Positions 38,375-50,890 of a stretch of DNA of 64,000 nucleotides are shown piece after piece. Within the stretch, counting starts at the first letter, position 1, and each line of letters starts with the position of its first letter. Below the pieces are notes generated by a model. That model did no database searches. It was not told the origin of the DNA and worked only from the letters and a program-made list of their open reading frames with translations. The position numbers and the translations under genes were made by a program. The DNA comes from Lama glama. Taxonomy: Eukaryota. The stretch is taken from contig CM052818.1 in NCBI GenBank assembly GCA_028534125.1, forward strand, positions 15,130,001-15,194,000, read 5' to 3'.

Positions 38375-39199
38375 CAAGCAAAACTCAGATGACCCTTGTG
38401 ACACCCTTGACTGAGGGAGCTACAAACTCAGGCAGCTTTTGTCCCCCTTGGGGCTGCGAACAGCTCCGGGTCGTATTTGTTTTCTTAAGAAATGGCCCCC
38501 CAGGATACGAGTCTGCAAGGCTCCTGTTTCCCCTGACACAAGGGTAAAACTTAAGGCTTGATCTTTCTTTCTAACGCTGTGACTCTACCATCACCAAGAC
38601 TTGTGCCAGGCCAGGGTCAGCAAGTGTGGGGCTTCCAAATCCTATGCCCCCAGATAAGCCCCGGAATTCAGCCAGCACCGTGCCTGGTGGTACTTTCCAC
38701 TTGCTCTCACCTTTGTTAAAACCCCAGTTCCTTAAACAGCTTCTGTTTTGCTTTCTCTGCTCAAAGAATGGCTTTGTGTACCTCAGACTATATTTCATTT
38801 TCACCTGCATTTTTTAGGTTGTGGAAAACAATTATTCTGCCTCAATTAAGAAAATAAACTGAGATTTCTGAGTTTTTCTGATTTTCTTTTATCTACTCAG
38901 TCTTCTGAGGGATTACAAGTCCTTTCCTTTTGATGAAACACTTAAGTTTCCCTTAAGTTCTTTTTTCTTCCACCTATGATTTTCAGATAAATTACTGCAT
39001 TCATTTTTCTCCTGTCCAGATGGTCACATTCAAAAGTGCAATGCCCTTCCTCTTGGAGATAAAATAGAAGGTTTTCTTAAGTGAAGTGGTTTTATGAAGT
39101 GGTCCTTTTCAATCAGTTGAATCAGTAGCCACACCTTGAGGCCTGACTTAGGTAAAATTGCAAAGTGGCTGGTATCCACTGCTTTTTGAGTCAGTGTCT

Positions 39200-39785
39200 A
39201 TTTTTTTTTTGTCTGTTTTGTTTTGTTTTAATTGAAGTATAGTTAGTTTACAAGGTAGTGTTAGTTTCTGGTGTACAGCATAGTGATTCAGTTATACATA
39301 TATTTATTCCTTTTCATATTCTTTTTCGTTATAGGCTACTGCAAGATACTGAATATAGTTCCCTGTGCTATAGAGTAGGGCCTTGTTGTTTATCTATTCT
39401 GTACATAGTAATTTGTATCTGCTAGTCTCAAACTCCCAATTTACCCTCCCGCAACTCCTTTCCCTCTGGTAACCATAATTTTTTTCTGTGCCTGTGAGTC
39501 TGCCTCTGTTTTGTAAATTAGTTCATTTGTCTCATTTTTTTAGATTCCACATATAAGTGATATCATATGGTATTTGTCTCTCTCTGTCTGACTTCACTTA
39601 GTATGATAATCTCCAGGTCCATCCATGTTGCTGCAAATGGCGTGATTTTATTCTTTTTTATGGCTGAGTAGTATTCCATTGCATAAATACACCACATCTT
39701 CTTTATCCAGTCATCTGTCGATGGACATTTAGGTTGCCTCCATGTCTTGGCTGTAGTAAATGGTGCTGCTATGAACATTGGAGTG
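39200..39785 (-). mobile_element. L1 3' end (ORF2 C-terminus and 3'UTR)
   Basis: ORF 39563-39778 [29 protein letters not shown] is L1 ORF2; 3'UTR attgaagtatagtt and T-rich tail. Confidence 0.93.
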
Positions 39786-41049
39786 TTGACACATGCTTCT
39801 TGAATGACGACAATCAGTTTTCTTGGATTTCCTCGACTTTGTTTCTCTCAAACTCTCCAATCTGGCTCCAAAATCTATGTACAGAGAATGGATAGATCAA
39901 TCTGCAGTTCCTCCCTCGAATCAGTGTGTATTTTTCCTCTGTTTCCTTCTTGAAAAGGTAACTCATGCCCACAAAAGGATCCAACACTTACTAACATTAA
40001 GCTGCAAATATCTGTGAACTTTCACATAGGGCTTCATGGAGCAATTTGCATTTTACCAGCCATCACACCAGACGATCAGGAGTAGAATGTTGGTTATCAG
40101 ACAACAGGAGTGTTCCTAGGGCAATGGGAGCTCTCTCCCCTAATGTGCATAGCTGTTGGAGCTGTGAGACCTTCTGCAGTACACTTGCTTAGTGAGGACT
40201 CTCCAACACATTCCAGACGTTCTAGATGTCGACAACTCTGAGGCAAATATTCTATGAGCACCCTTTGGGGAAAGAATCTATCTTGAGAGTCAGTGGTTTT
40301 CCTTGATGTTCACTGTTTATCTCTTGTCAATGACTGGCAAATGCACTATTTTTCCAAACTTGGAAGAAAACCCAGTCCTGAGTCTCTAATGGACGCCAGT
40401 ACAGATAAATGAGAAATAAGAGTGAAGCTCTTGCCAGACCTGGGTTTCAGCCCCCACTCCTTAGTTGGGGAGCTGACAGTTGTAATGGATGGTGAGAGAC
40501 AGGGTAATATCTGAAGAGCCAATTCTGGTTTCGTTTTGTGCTTCTTTGCTCACCTTAATGCTGTGCTGCCAGAAACAAGCTGCCTCCTATCTCTCCCACA
40601 TGGGGGTTACATTCTGTTTGCCATTTCTACAGGATGCATCCCTTCAAGGAGTTTTATACCCCTCATTTTACATCTCAGGCCAGTGCTACAGAAAAGTCAT
40701 CATGTCCCTAATTTGTGGATGGGGAATCTAAGATACCCTATTTTAGGATCTGTTATGTTTCTCTTAACTATGTGTTTCTTCTCAAATTACATATAATTTT
40801 TTTTATTATTATTGTTATTAGTGGTTAAAATCGTATAGTCCTTTAACCTTCTCATATCACTTCTATGTTGATTATCGATTCATCCCTCCAGATGTGGAAA
40901 TGAGTTTGTATGAGGATCATAACATTAGAGGAGGCTATCTGGGTGTTGAAGAAAATAAAACAAGGATAAGAAAGAAAGAGGGGCTGATTGTTTTGAGAGG
41001 TAGATGAGGATAACAAAATGAATGGTGAGTTGGGCTAAATATTAAGAAC

Positions 41050-41285
41050 AAGAGCTACTGTTGGTTGAGTGGTTTCTGTGCTCTGGGCACTGTGTGAAGC
41101 CTCGGGTAGAAGTTTTCCATTCATTTTAGCCACAACCTGTGATTAAGACCCTATATCATCACCCCTGTTGTACAGAGGGGGAACTTAGGCTTAGAGAAGT
41201 TAAAGAAATCACTCAAGGTTACACGGTTAGTAAGCACTGGAGCCAGGATTGAAAGCTCAAGTTCTTAACCATCATGCTCTACTGT
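41050..41285 (-). mobile_element. MIR SINE
   Basis: tgtacagagggggaacttaggcttagagaagttaaagaaatcactcaaggttacacggttagtaag. Confidence 0.8.
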
Positions 41286-41444
41286 TGCTCATTATTTGAA
41301 TCCTGTGATGAAGTCTACTCGGTCAGGCTCTAGGTTTACCAAGCACAGACACGGCCAGCTAGATTGATGAATATAACTTCCTTGGAACACATATTTGTTA
41401 TTACAAGTTAATAAATTATTTTTCTAACTTAATTTAAAAAATGA

Positions 41445-41695
41445 TAGCTAACCTTTACTGAGTGCTTACCATGTGCCAGGCTTTGTTCTGAGCACTTTGT
41501 ATGTATTAACTCATTTAATCATCACAGCCATCTTTGAGGATGTTACTATTAACGTCTCCATTTTGCGCACAAGGAAATGTAGCCCAGAGAGGTTCAGGAC
41601 TTGGTCCAAGTTTGCACTGTCAGCAAGTGGTGGAGTTGGAGACTGACTCTAGGTATTCTGGCCTCAGTATGTAAGCTCATAATTACTCTTCTGTA
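41445..41695 (-). mobile_element. MIR SINE
   Basis: atagctaacctttactgagtgcttaccatgtgccagg...aactcatttaatcatcacagc...cagagaggttcaggacttggtccaag. Confidence 0.85.
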
Positions 41696-43860
41696 CTAGC
41701 TCCAAGTGAGTGGGTCTTAATAAGCCTGGTCATGTAAGTCCTTTCTAGGAAACAATTTACTCACGATGTGATGGCACATTTGGTGTCTGAGACTGCAAGT
41801 CCGGGAGACAAACCTTGGACCTGGATATATTCATTAAGCTAAAGAATGTCACTCTGTGAGGCTTCTTAGGAGACAGCCTGCTGGTTTCCCTGGAGATAAC
41901 CTTGAGCCCACAATTGGCTGTATTTTAAAACACTCCATACACACTCTATGGGATATAATGAATGCAAATGATATATTGCAGACATGGTGTCACAGGGGAC
42001 CAGAAAGAGGTCAATGGCTGGAAAGGTAGAGCAGCTTCATTTAGGTCAGAGAATCAGAGTCTTCCTGGAGAAACTATGTAGACCTGTTAGAACAGCCTTC
42101 TCCTAATTTTGTGGTGTCCTTTTACCTCCACGACTGCACATTTGCAGTCTTTTTTTTTTCCCCCTTATGCTGGCACCTCTAGGTCTTTGCACTCTCTAAC
42201 TGCTGGTGTTTATCTATCCAGGGTTCTGGTCTCAGCCGTCTCCCCCCACTTCCCACTCACACTCTCAGCGTGACTGCCTTGAGAACCATCCCTCACCTAC
42301 TATCCATGTGTCCATGACTTCTATGGCTGTATCTGTCGTCTGGACTGTTCTCCTAAAGCATGGCAGTGTCAGACCGGGGATCAGGAAAGCTGGTCCCAAA
42401 GCACTGCAGGGATCTGTGTCCTTTTCAGGGAAGGAGACTGCAGCCCCAATTTGCCTGAGCACTATAAAATAAATGACCATGTTTACTGGTGGTTGTGGTG
42501 GGGGGTGGAAGATGAGAAAATAGAGATAAATCAGTGTGAATCCATTTCCAACCCTGGAAGGACAACAGCCTATTCCTGCCCTGCTGTTTGCAAAGGAGAC
42601 ACATGGATTGTGCTCAAGTGGGACATATCTGAGAGCTCTCATCACCACATCTCACCGACTCTGCCCTCTCCTGAAAGGGGGCCACTGCGACACAGGCCAC
42701 CCAACTAGCAAAGTGTTGGCTCTAGAAATTCTTCAATACACATTTAATGTTCTTTCCCATGGCATTTTCCAAAATGAACATTGTTTGAAGTATCACACAT
42801 GCACACACACACACATGCACCTGTATACACACAAAGATATATGTGTTATATAGATTAGCTTGATAAATTTTTACCAAGTAAACATACCATATTACTATCA
42901 CTCAGGTTAAAAAAAATTATCATCACCCTGTAAACTTCCCTCTTGGTCTTTCCCAGTCATTACCTTTTCCCAAAAGGTAACCTATTCTTCCTTTTATGAG
43001 ATTTATATCAGTGGAGTCATACAGTTAGTATCCTTTTGTGCCTGCATTCTGCCTTTCAACATTATGTTTTTAAGATTTGTCTGTTCTTTTGAATAGCTGT
43101 AGTTTATTTTTATTCTGAATATAACACAATTTCTTTATCCCGTTTGCTGTTGGGGGACATTTGTACTGTTTTCGGTTTCTGGCTATTTCAAATAATGAGC
43201 CATAAACTTCTTGCAAGAGTCAGGTACTCATAAGCAGGTATTTCTGTGAGCTGTGTAACTTGAAGTAGAAATGCTGGGTCAAAGGATGTGCATAACTTTG
43301 GATTTAGTGGATGATGATAAACTGCTTTCCAAAGTGGTTGCACAGTTTACATCTATACCAGCGGTGTTGGAGAGTTTTCATTATTCTCCATCCCCACCAA
43401 TACTTGGTAGTCTGTTTTGGAACCCCCCTCCAAAAATAGCCAGTATAGTGGTGTGTAATGAAATTCCATTTGTGGCTTTTAAAGTGGGTTTTCCTAATTA
43501 CTAATGATGCTGGATAGTATTTCATAAGTTTATCAGTTATTTGGATGTCCTCTTTTACAAGTCTCTTGTCCATTCTTTAAACTGGTTGCTGTTTTTTAAA
43601 GTTGATTTACAGTTGTTCTTTGTATATTTGAAATATAAGGCCTTTGTCTAATACGTGAGTTGCAAACATCCTTTATTTTCCACTCACCTTAAGTTGTCTT
43701 TTGATGAACAGAATAATACAGTTCTCATGCTTTTCCCTCTTTGCTTACTGCTTTTTGTGTTCTGTTTAGGAAAGGCCGTGAGGATATTTTCTTGCACTGT
43801 ATTCTAGGAGCTTTAGTGTTTCACTTTCCACATTTGAGTCTAATCTATCTGGAATTGATA

Positions 43861-43865
<5 letters not shown>

Positions 43866-43893
<28 letters not shown>
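43866..43893. repeat. (TG)n microsatellite
   Basis: About 14 GT units. Confidence 0.95.
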
Positions 43894-43896
<3 letters not shown>

Positions 43897-44258
43897 ATAG
43901 AATTTAAGATTCATTTTTTAAAATCTGGGTGTCTCATTTACTCAAAAACCATTTACTGTAAAGAATGGTTTACCATCTTTTCCCACCACCCTGCCAGTGT
44001 TGCTGTTCTTCAAGATTGCTGTGGCTATTTTAGGCTCCTCGAATTTTCATACCGATTTTAGAACCACTTCGTCATTTTCCATTAAAAATTTTCAGGAAAA
44101 ACTTTGACTGAGATTGCAGAAAATCTATAGATCAACATGGAGGAAAACCGACATTTTTTGCAGCTTTGAGTCTTCCATTATTAATTAGGAAATTTCTCTC
44201 TATATCTAAGTGTTCTTTATTTTCTCTCAGTAATATTTTCTTGCTTTCTATATTGAGT

Positions 44259-44430
44259 TTTTTTAAATTGAAGTATAGTCAATTTATAATGTTGTATTAA
44301 TTTCTGGTGTACAGCATAGTGATTCATTTGTACATATATATGCATTCCTTTTCAAATTCTTTTTCATTATAGGCCATTACAAAGTATTGAATATAGTTCC
44401 CTGTGCTATACAGTAGGAGCTTGCTGTTTA
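44259..44430 (-). mobile_element. Short young L1 3' end nested in older L1, with TSD
   Basis: tttttaaattgaagtatagtc...ttccctgtgctatacagtagg; TSD tctatattgagt (44247-44258) / tctatatcgagt (44431-44442). Confidence 0.85.
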
Positions 44431-45612
44431 TCTATATCGAGTCTCAAACATCTCTCATTAGATTTATTTCTTGGTATTCACTTTTTAAATAAAAATATTT
44501 AAAAATAATGTCATGTTAAAAAAGTTTTATTTTCAAAATGTTTTAGCTGGAATATAAAAATACAATTTGTTTTTGGACCTATCTCAGTGACTTTGATAAC
44601 TTCACTTATTAATTCTAATAGATCATATATATTCTTTCAGATTTCTGTATAATTATGTTATATGTGAATAGTGACAGTTTTTTTTTTCCTCCTTTCCATT
44701 TTTTTTTTATCCTATTTGTTTCTTTTTCTTGCCTTTTCCCCCTTGGCTAGTTCAAGGTTGAATCAAAGTGGAAATGGCTGGCATTCTTGTTACCCTCCAG
44801 ATCTCAGGGATAAAACGTTCAATATTCCATTTTGTGATTTTTTTTGGTAGGTTTTAAAAATATACCCTTCACTATATCAAGGAAATTCCTTTCTATTCCT
44901 AATTTTGTTGAACTTTTAAAAGTTATAAATGCATGCTGACTCTTACCAGATGTTTTTTGAGCATCACCTGAGATGAAAATTGGAGTTTTTTCCTTTCTTC
45001 TATGAATGTGGTAAAATTCACAGGTTAAGTGAATGAATTTTCAAGTGTTAAACTGACCTTAAATTTTTGAAATAAATTAAATTTGGTTGTGATGAACTTC
45101 CCTTTTCATATTTGCTGAATTCCATTTGTTTAGAATTTTTGGGTCTATATTTATAAAGGAGATTTGCATTTTTTTTTCTTTGAATATCTTTGATGGGTTT
45201 TAGTATCAAGGTTATGCAGGTCGTGTAAAAGGAATTGTGAGGTGTTCCTTCTTTTTCTATTCTCCAGAAGAACTTATGTAATGTTGTCATTATTTCTTCC
45301 TTGAGTATCTAGTAGAATTCACCCATGGAAGGCTCTGAGCTTTATTTGTGGGAAAGTTTTAAAACATGGACTCTTTCTCATAGATTTTACTTTTCTGGTG
45401 AAATTCTCCCCGTCTCATGAACATACTAAACAATTATTTCAATAGCTAATAACTCCAATATCTGGATTGCTGGTGGGTCTGTTTCTATTGTATTTTCACA
45501 TATTTTATGCCTATTTGCTCCTTTCTCTTAGCATGCCTGTTAAGTTTTAATTTAATGCCAGCCTTTGTGTATCACAATTTACAGGTAATCTGAATGATAT
45601 GTTATTCCTTGC

Positions 45613-46032
45613 TGTAGGAAGTCACTGAGAGGATGTGACCACTGGTTGACCCATGAGCTGGAACCAGGCAACTGGAAACTCCCCATCCCCTCCCGTCCTT
45701 GGAATAAACGTTCAGCCCACGGTTCCCACAGCTAGAGCCATTTTCAAGGATGCAGCCTTGAGAGAGTAGTGTGTTGTTGAGACCACCTGGATGGTATATG
45801 TGGCAGAATCCCGTTCAGGCTTCTGTATAAACGTCTACTATTCTGGTGGGTGGTGTGGAGATCTGCTCATCTTGCAGCGCGCAAGACAAGTCTCGTAAGT
45901 TCCTTTAGTTGTGAAACCTGCCACCTACCCGTCTGGAATGCCCTTCCTCTTTTTTTGGTCTCTCCGTGTCCTCCGGGTAAGAGGGCCAGTTTTGTATTTC
46001 GTCCAGGAATCTCCTGAGGTTGTGAACCAACA
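45613..46032 (+). mobile_element. ERV solo LTR, same family as 24450-24980
   Basis: TG...CA (tgtaggaag...gaaccaaca); tataaa near 45826; shared blocks with the 24.6-24.97 kb copy. Confidence 0.75.
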
Positions 46033-47257
46033 CTCCCCCAGGGAAGACGAGGTTTTCTTTCGGCCAGCACTTAGACTCTGTTCGAGCAGGGGCACATCTC
46101 CTTCATGAAGTTAGTGATGAACACAATGTAAGGCTGAATTTCAATCCTCGTGGCAAGTGCTTATTTATCTCAGCTACAGGACGGCATTTCAGGGATTTCA
46201 CCTGGAAATCTGGGGTGTTAACTAGGGCCGTTCATCCTTGAGGGTCCTGAACTCCGAATTCTGTCTGCGGGAGGCGTGCTTGCATTTTCAGCTTAGACAC
46301 ACTTTTCTGCTTTGCTGCTTGGCTTGTTCTGCACAATTTAGAACCTGATAAATGCCCCTTGGGAAGAGCCAGTGCAGCTTGTGGAGGTCTTTCTTTTGTA
46401 GTTTCCTTTTCTCTAGTACCTTGGTTTCTGAAACCCTGGTTGAAAGATTTAAATTGTTCTCTTCTGCTCAGGGACCTACCTACACTGAAAGTTGGAAAAT
46501 ACCACCAGGAAAAAGCAGTGGAGAATGGCAGGACGTGTACCTTCTCCCAGGGTTTGCTACAAATAACCTAGTTGTAGCTGGAAGTAAATGCACCTCCTTC
46601 CTCTAGTATTTTGTCATTTCTCTGAGTTCACACATAACAATTTTGTTTAAAAGATTACTTTTATCTTAGACTATGAACCTCTGGAAGGCAGGTGACTGCT
46701 CATTTCACTTTTTAAAAAAGCAGCTTTATTGAGATAAAGTGTACTCTCTATAAACACACCTATTGTAAGTGTACAGTTCAGTGATTTTTACTGAATTTAT
46801 AAACTTGGTCACCATCACCACAGTCACGTTTTAGCACAGTCTCCTAGTACCTGTTTGCAGTGAATCCTGGCTGCCGTCCTGGTCCTAGGAGCCATTGATC
46901 TGCTTACTAGCTCTATAAATTTACCTTTTGTAGGTATTTAACATAAATAGAATCATTCTCTTTGTGGCCTTTTCCATCTGTCGTCTTTGCCTTAGTATAA
47001 TGTTTTTGAAGTTCATCTGTGTAGTAGCGGACATTAGTTTTTATCTTTTTATTGCTGAGTAATATTCCATTGTCTGGATACATTACATCGTGTTTATCCA
47101 CTCACCAGTTGATTTGGATTGTTTCAGTTTTTGGCTGTTATGAATGATGCTACTGTGAACATTCATATCCATGTCTTTGTGTGAACAAGTTTTTCATTCT
47201 CTTTGAGTAAATTCCTAGGAAGGAATTGCTGAGCTATATGAAAGGTGATGCTTAACT

Positions 47258-47440
47258 TTAAAAAAAAATATGTATATATATATATTTATTCATTTTGCTT
47301 GTGGGTTTTATTTTTTTGAGGGGGGAGGCAATTAGGTTTATTTATCTATTTAGTTATTTTAATGGAGATACTGGAGATTGAACCCAGGACCTTGTACATG
47401 CTAAGCATGTGCTCTACCACTGAGCTATACCCTCCTCACT
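47258..47440 (-). mobile_element. tRNA-derived SINE (Vic-1-like) nested in L1
   Basis: ggggggaggcaattaggttt...ctggagattgaacccaggacc...gctctaccactgagctataccctcc; TSD atgcttaact at 47248-47257 and 47441-47450. Confidence 0.9.
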
Positions 47441-49170
47441 ATGCTTAACTAAAAAAAAATACTACCAAGTTGTTTCACAAAGTGGCGACACCATCTTACA
47501 TTCCATCACCAATGTGTGAAGGGTTCAGTTTCCCCACAGTCTCAGTTGCATCTGTTATGGTCAGGCTTTTTGATTAATGCCATCCTAGTGGGTGTGAAGT
47601 AATATCTCACTGTGATTTCAATTTAAACTTCCCTAAGGACTAAGGACGCTAACCCCCTTTTCATGTGCTTTTTGGCCATTTGTATATACTCTTTGATGAA
47701 ATGTCTATCCAAATCTTCCATCAATTTTTAAATTGGATTGTTTATTTTATTAATCAGTTATAAGACTTCTTTATATTTGGGATAGAAGTCCTTTATTAGA
47801 TATATGATTTACAAATATTTTCTTCCAGAATTTGACCTGTCTTCCCATTTTCTTAATGGTGTCCTCCGAAGTGCAGGGATTTTTAATACTGATGAAGTCT
47901 AGTATATTGATTTGTTTTCATTATGGATAGTGTTTTTGGTACTATATCTAAAACTCTTTGCCTAATTCAATGCCATGAACATTTTCTCCTATATTTTATT
48001 TTGGTTTTATAGGCTTAGTTCTTACATTCAGGTTTATGATCCATTTCCAGTTAATTTTTGTATGTGTGTAGGGTAAGGGTCTAAGTTCATTTTATTTATT
48101 TTTTTTGCTTGTGCATATCCAATAATCTCACCATCATTTGCTGAGAAGACCATCCTTTCCACGTTGTATTGTGTTGGAATCTTTGTCAAAATAAACAAGT
48201 TTATTTCTAGAATCTTTTCCTATTAATCTATATGCCTCTCTTTATGTCAATACCACAGTCTTAATTACTAAGGCTTTAAGGTATGTTGTGGAATTAGCTA
48301 GGGGAGATCATCTAACTTTGTTCTTCTTTTTGTTTTGGCTATTCTAGGTCCTTTACTTCCATTTAATCTTGGGATCATCTTGTAAATTTTTACAAAAAAA
48401 TCCTGCTGGGATTTTGATGAGGATTGAATTGACTTTATCAATTTGACAATATTGAGTCTTATATCCATGCACGTAGGAAGTCTTTCCATATATTTAAATC
48501 TTTACTTTCTTTTATCAACTTTAGTTTTTTTTTTTTTTTTTGATGGAGAGGGAAGCTTAAGTATAGTTTTCATTGTGTAAGTTTTATACTTTTTTTTGAA
48601 AAGTAATTCCTAAATATTGTATTTTTTGATGTCACTGTGAATAGAATTTTCTTAATTTCATATTCAGACTGTTTGATGATTGACTATAGAAATACAATTG
48701 GTTTTTATATGTTGAATTTGTGTCCTGTGACCTGATTAGTTCTAGTAGAGCTTTTGTGGATTCTTTAGGATTTTCTTCATGTATGGTCATGTCATCTGCA
48801 AATAAAGACAGTTTTACTTCTTCCTTTTTAATCTGGATGCCTTTAATTTATTTTAATTCTTTTTTTTTTTTTTGGAAGTGACTAAAATTTGCAGCACATA
48901 GTTTAATGGAAGTGGAGAGAGTAGACTTTTTTTTTTTTTTTTAATCAGTCTTAGGGAGAAGTAGTTAAGCCTTTCATTTTTAAATATGCTGTCAGCTGTG
49001 GGTTGTTTTGTAGATGTTCTCTGTCAGGTTAGAAGTTCCCTTCAAATCCTAGTTTGTTGAGAGGTAGTATTTTTTTTGTTTAGAACTAAGAATGGTGTTG
49101 GAATGTTCACTGTTTAATCTGTATCTGTAGCAATAATCATGTGGTTTTGTCCTTTATTCTGTTGATACGG

Positions 49171-49490
49171 TGTCAGCTGAGGGATGCTGGAGACAGATTC
49201 GAGGAGGTGAGCTGCCCAACTGGAAAAATGCACGAGGAGCTGACATAATGTGCGAGGACCTGACATGGAGCAAAACGGCACTTTATTGCAGTACAAGCGG
49301 GGTGGTGCGTGTACTCAGGTGCACGCACTTGTCCTTTTATTATGCTAGTGGCGCATGTGTATTGTTCATAATGCTGACTCATGCTACTAGCACATGCATA
49401 TATTTACTTCTTACACCACACACACAAGGTATTGTGAACTTTGGCCTGCGTCCCATGCCCTACTCACTTAAGACTGCCGACATACCGACA
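49171..49490 (-). mobile_element. Short (320 bp) LTR-like insertion nested in L1
   Basis: Interrupts L1 at ctgttgatacgg|...|tactgtatattaca; TGTC...GACA termini; 5-bp TSD-like tacgg/tactg; minus-strand TATA-like element and AATAAA. Confidence 0.7.
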
Positions 49491-50504
49491 TACTGTATAT
49501 TACACTATGATTTGCAAATGTTATATCAACTTTGCATTCCTGGGATAAATCCCACTTGTTCATGGTATATAATTTTTTTTAATATGTTACTGGATTCAAT
49601 TTGTTAATATTTTGTTAAGGATTTCTGCATCTTTGTTCATGAAGAATTTTTTTGTAGTATCTTTTACTAGGTTTGTTCTCAGGGTAATACTTTCATACAG
49701 AATGAGATGAGTAGCACTCCCTCCATCTCTATTTTCTGAAAAAAATATTGTAAAGGACTGCTATTTTTTCTTTTCAAAAAATTTGGTAGACTTGAATAGC
49801 AAAGCCATTATTAGGGCCTGGGCTTATTTTTGTGAGAAGATTTTAAATTATACATTTATTTTCTTATTATAAGTCTATTCAGATTTTCTGTTTCTTTTTG
49901 AGTCAGTTTTGGTCATTTGTGTCTTTCTAGGAATTTGTATGATTCTTCTAAGTTTTCTTAAGTTTTGTGGCATTAGGTTAGTTATAACATTTTCGTCGTA
50001 GTGTTTTTAATTTTTGCAATGTCCATAGCAATGCTCCTTCTTTCGTTCCTGACTTTGGTAGTTTGTATCGCTCTTTTCTGCTTGGTCAGTTTATTAGTCG
50101 CCTGTGGCTCCTGTAACAGAATACTACAAACTGGATGCTATTTTATTTTCATTACATATTAAAACAATAATTTGAGTATGCAAAATATATTATTGAAATT
50201 AATTCTACTTTTTAAATGTGGATTCTAGAAAATTTAACATGCTATCTGTGGCTCATATTATATTTCTATCAGAAAGTATTGCATTAGACTGTCTGCTTCT
50301 TTCTTGAGAGTCTCAAAGGAGTCTGATAAAAGGAGTCTGGTCCTCTGGTTAAGAGCCACTATAGGTGGTTTAATTATCTGACTCTGGATCAAGCCAGAGG
50401 ATCAGACATCCACATAAAAGGACCAAATTATCTTGTCCAGTGGAATTACTTCACTGTGGGAAATAGTGGCATGTCATAATAATATTGTTGAAAATTTGTC
50501 CATT

Positions 50505-50890
50505 TACTCATTCATTCAGTAAATTTGCCAGATACTGTTATAGGCCCTGGGATACGCAGAGAAAAACTCAGATCCCATGGAACTTATATTCTAGTTGGTG
50601 ATGGGCCTGGAGATAAAGGCGATAAACAAAGCGAATACGTTTTATGGTATGTATGTTAGAAGACAGTAAAAGCTATGCAGAAAAATAAACCAGAGAATGG
50701 GGGCAGGGGAGGGCAGGGGTGAGAGTGGAAGTGTGCAGTTTTCAGCAGGGTTGTTGGGGAAGGCCTCACCGAGACAGTGACATTTGAGCTAAGACTTGAG
50801 GCCTGTGACAGACAGGGGAAGAATATCCCAGACAGCGAACAGTGACCCCAAGGCCCAGAGGCAGAAGTAGGTCTGGCCTGTTCTTGTAAC
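50505..50890 (-). mobile_element. L2 LINE 3' region
   Basis: tactcattcattcagtaaat...cccatggaacttatattctagt...ggaaggcctcaccgagacagtgacatttgagctaagacttga...caaggcccagaggcag. Confidence 0.8.

Larger units (their letters stand above)
42850..45600 (-). mobile_element. Old L1 (L1M), ORF2/3'UTR, decayed
   Basis: actgctttccaaagtggttgcacagtttacat...; ORF 45048-45290 FYTTCITLILKP resembles L1 RT-proximal FYEASITLIPKP. Confidence 0.85.
46710..50090 (-). mobile_element. Old L1 (L1M), 3'UTR and ORF2, with nested insertions
   Basis: cagctttattgagataa...; ttgctgagtaatattccattgt; ggattttcttcatgtatggtcatgtcatctgcaaataaagacagttttacttcttcc; ttgcattcctgggataaatcccacttg. Confidence 0.9.
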
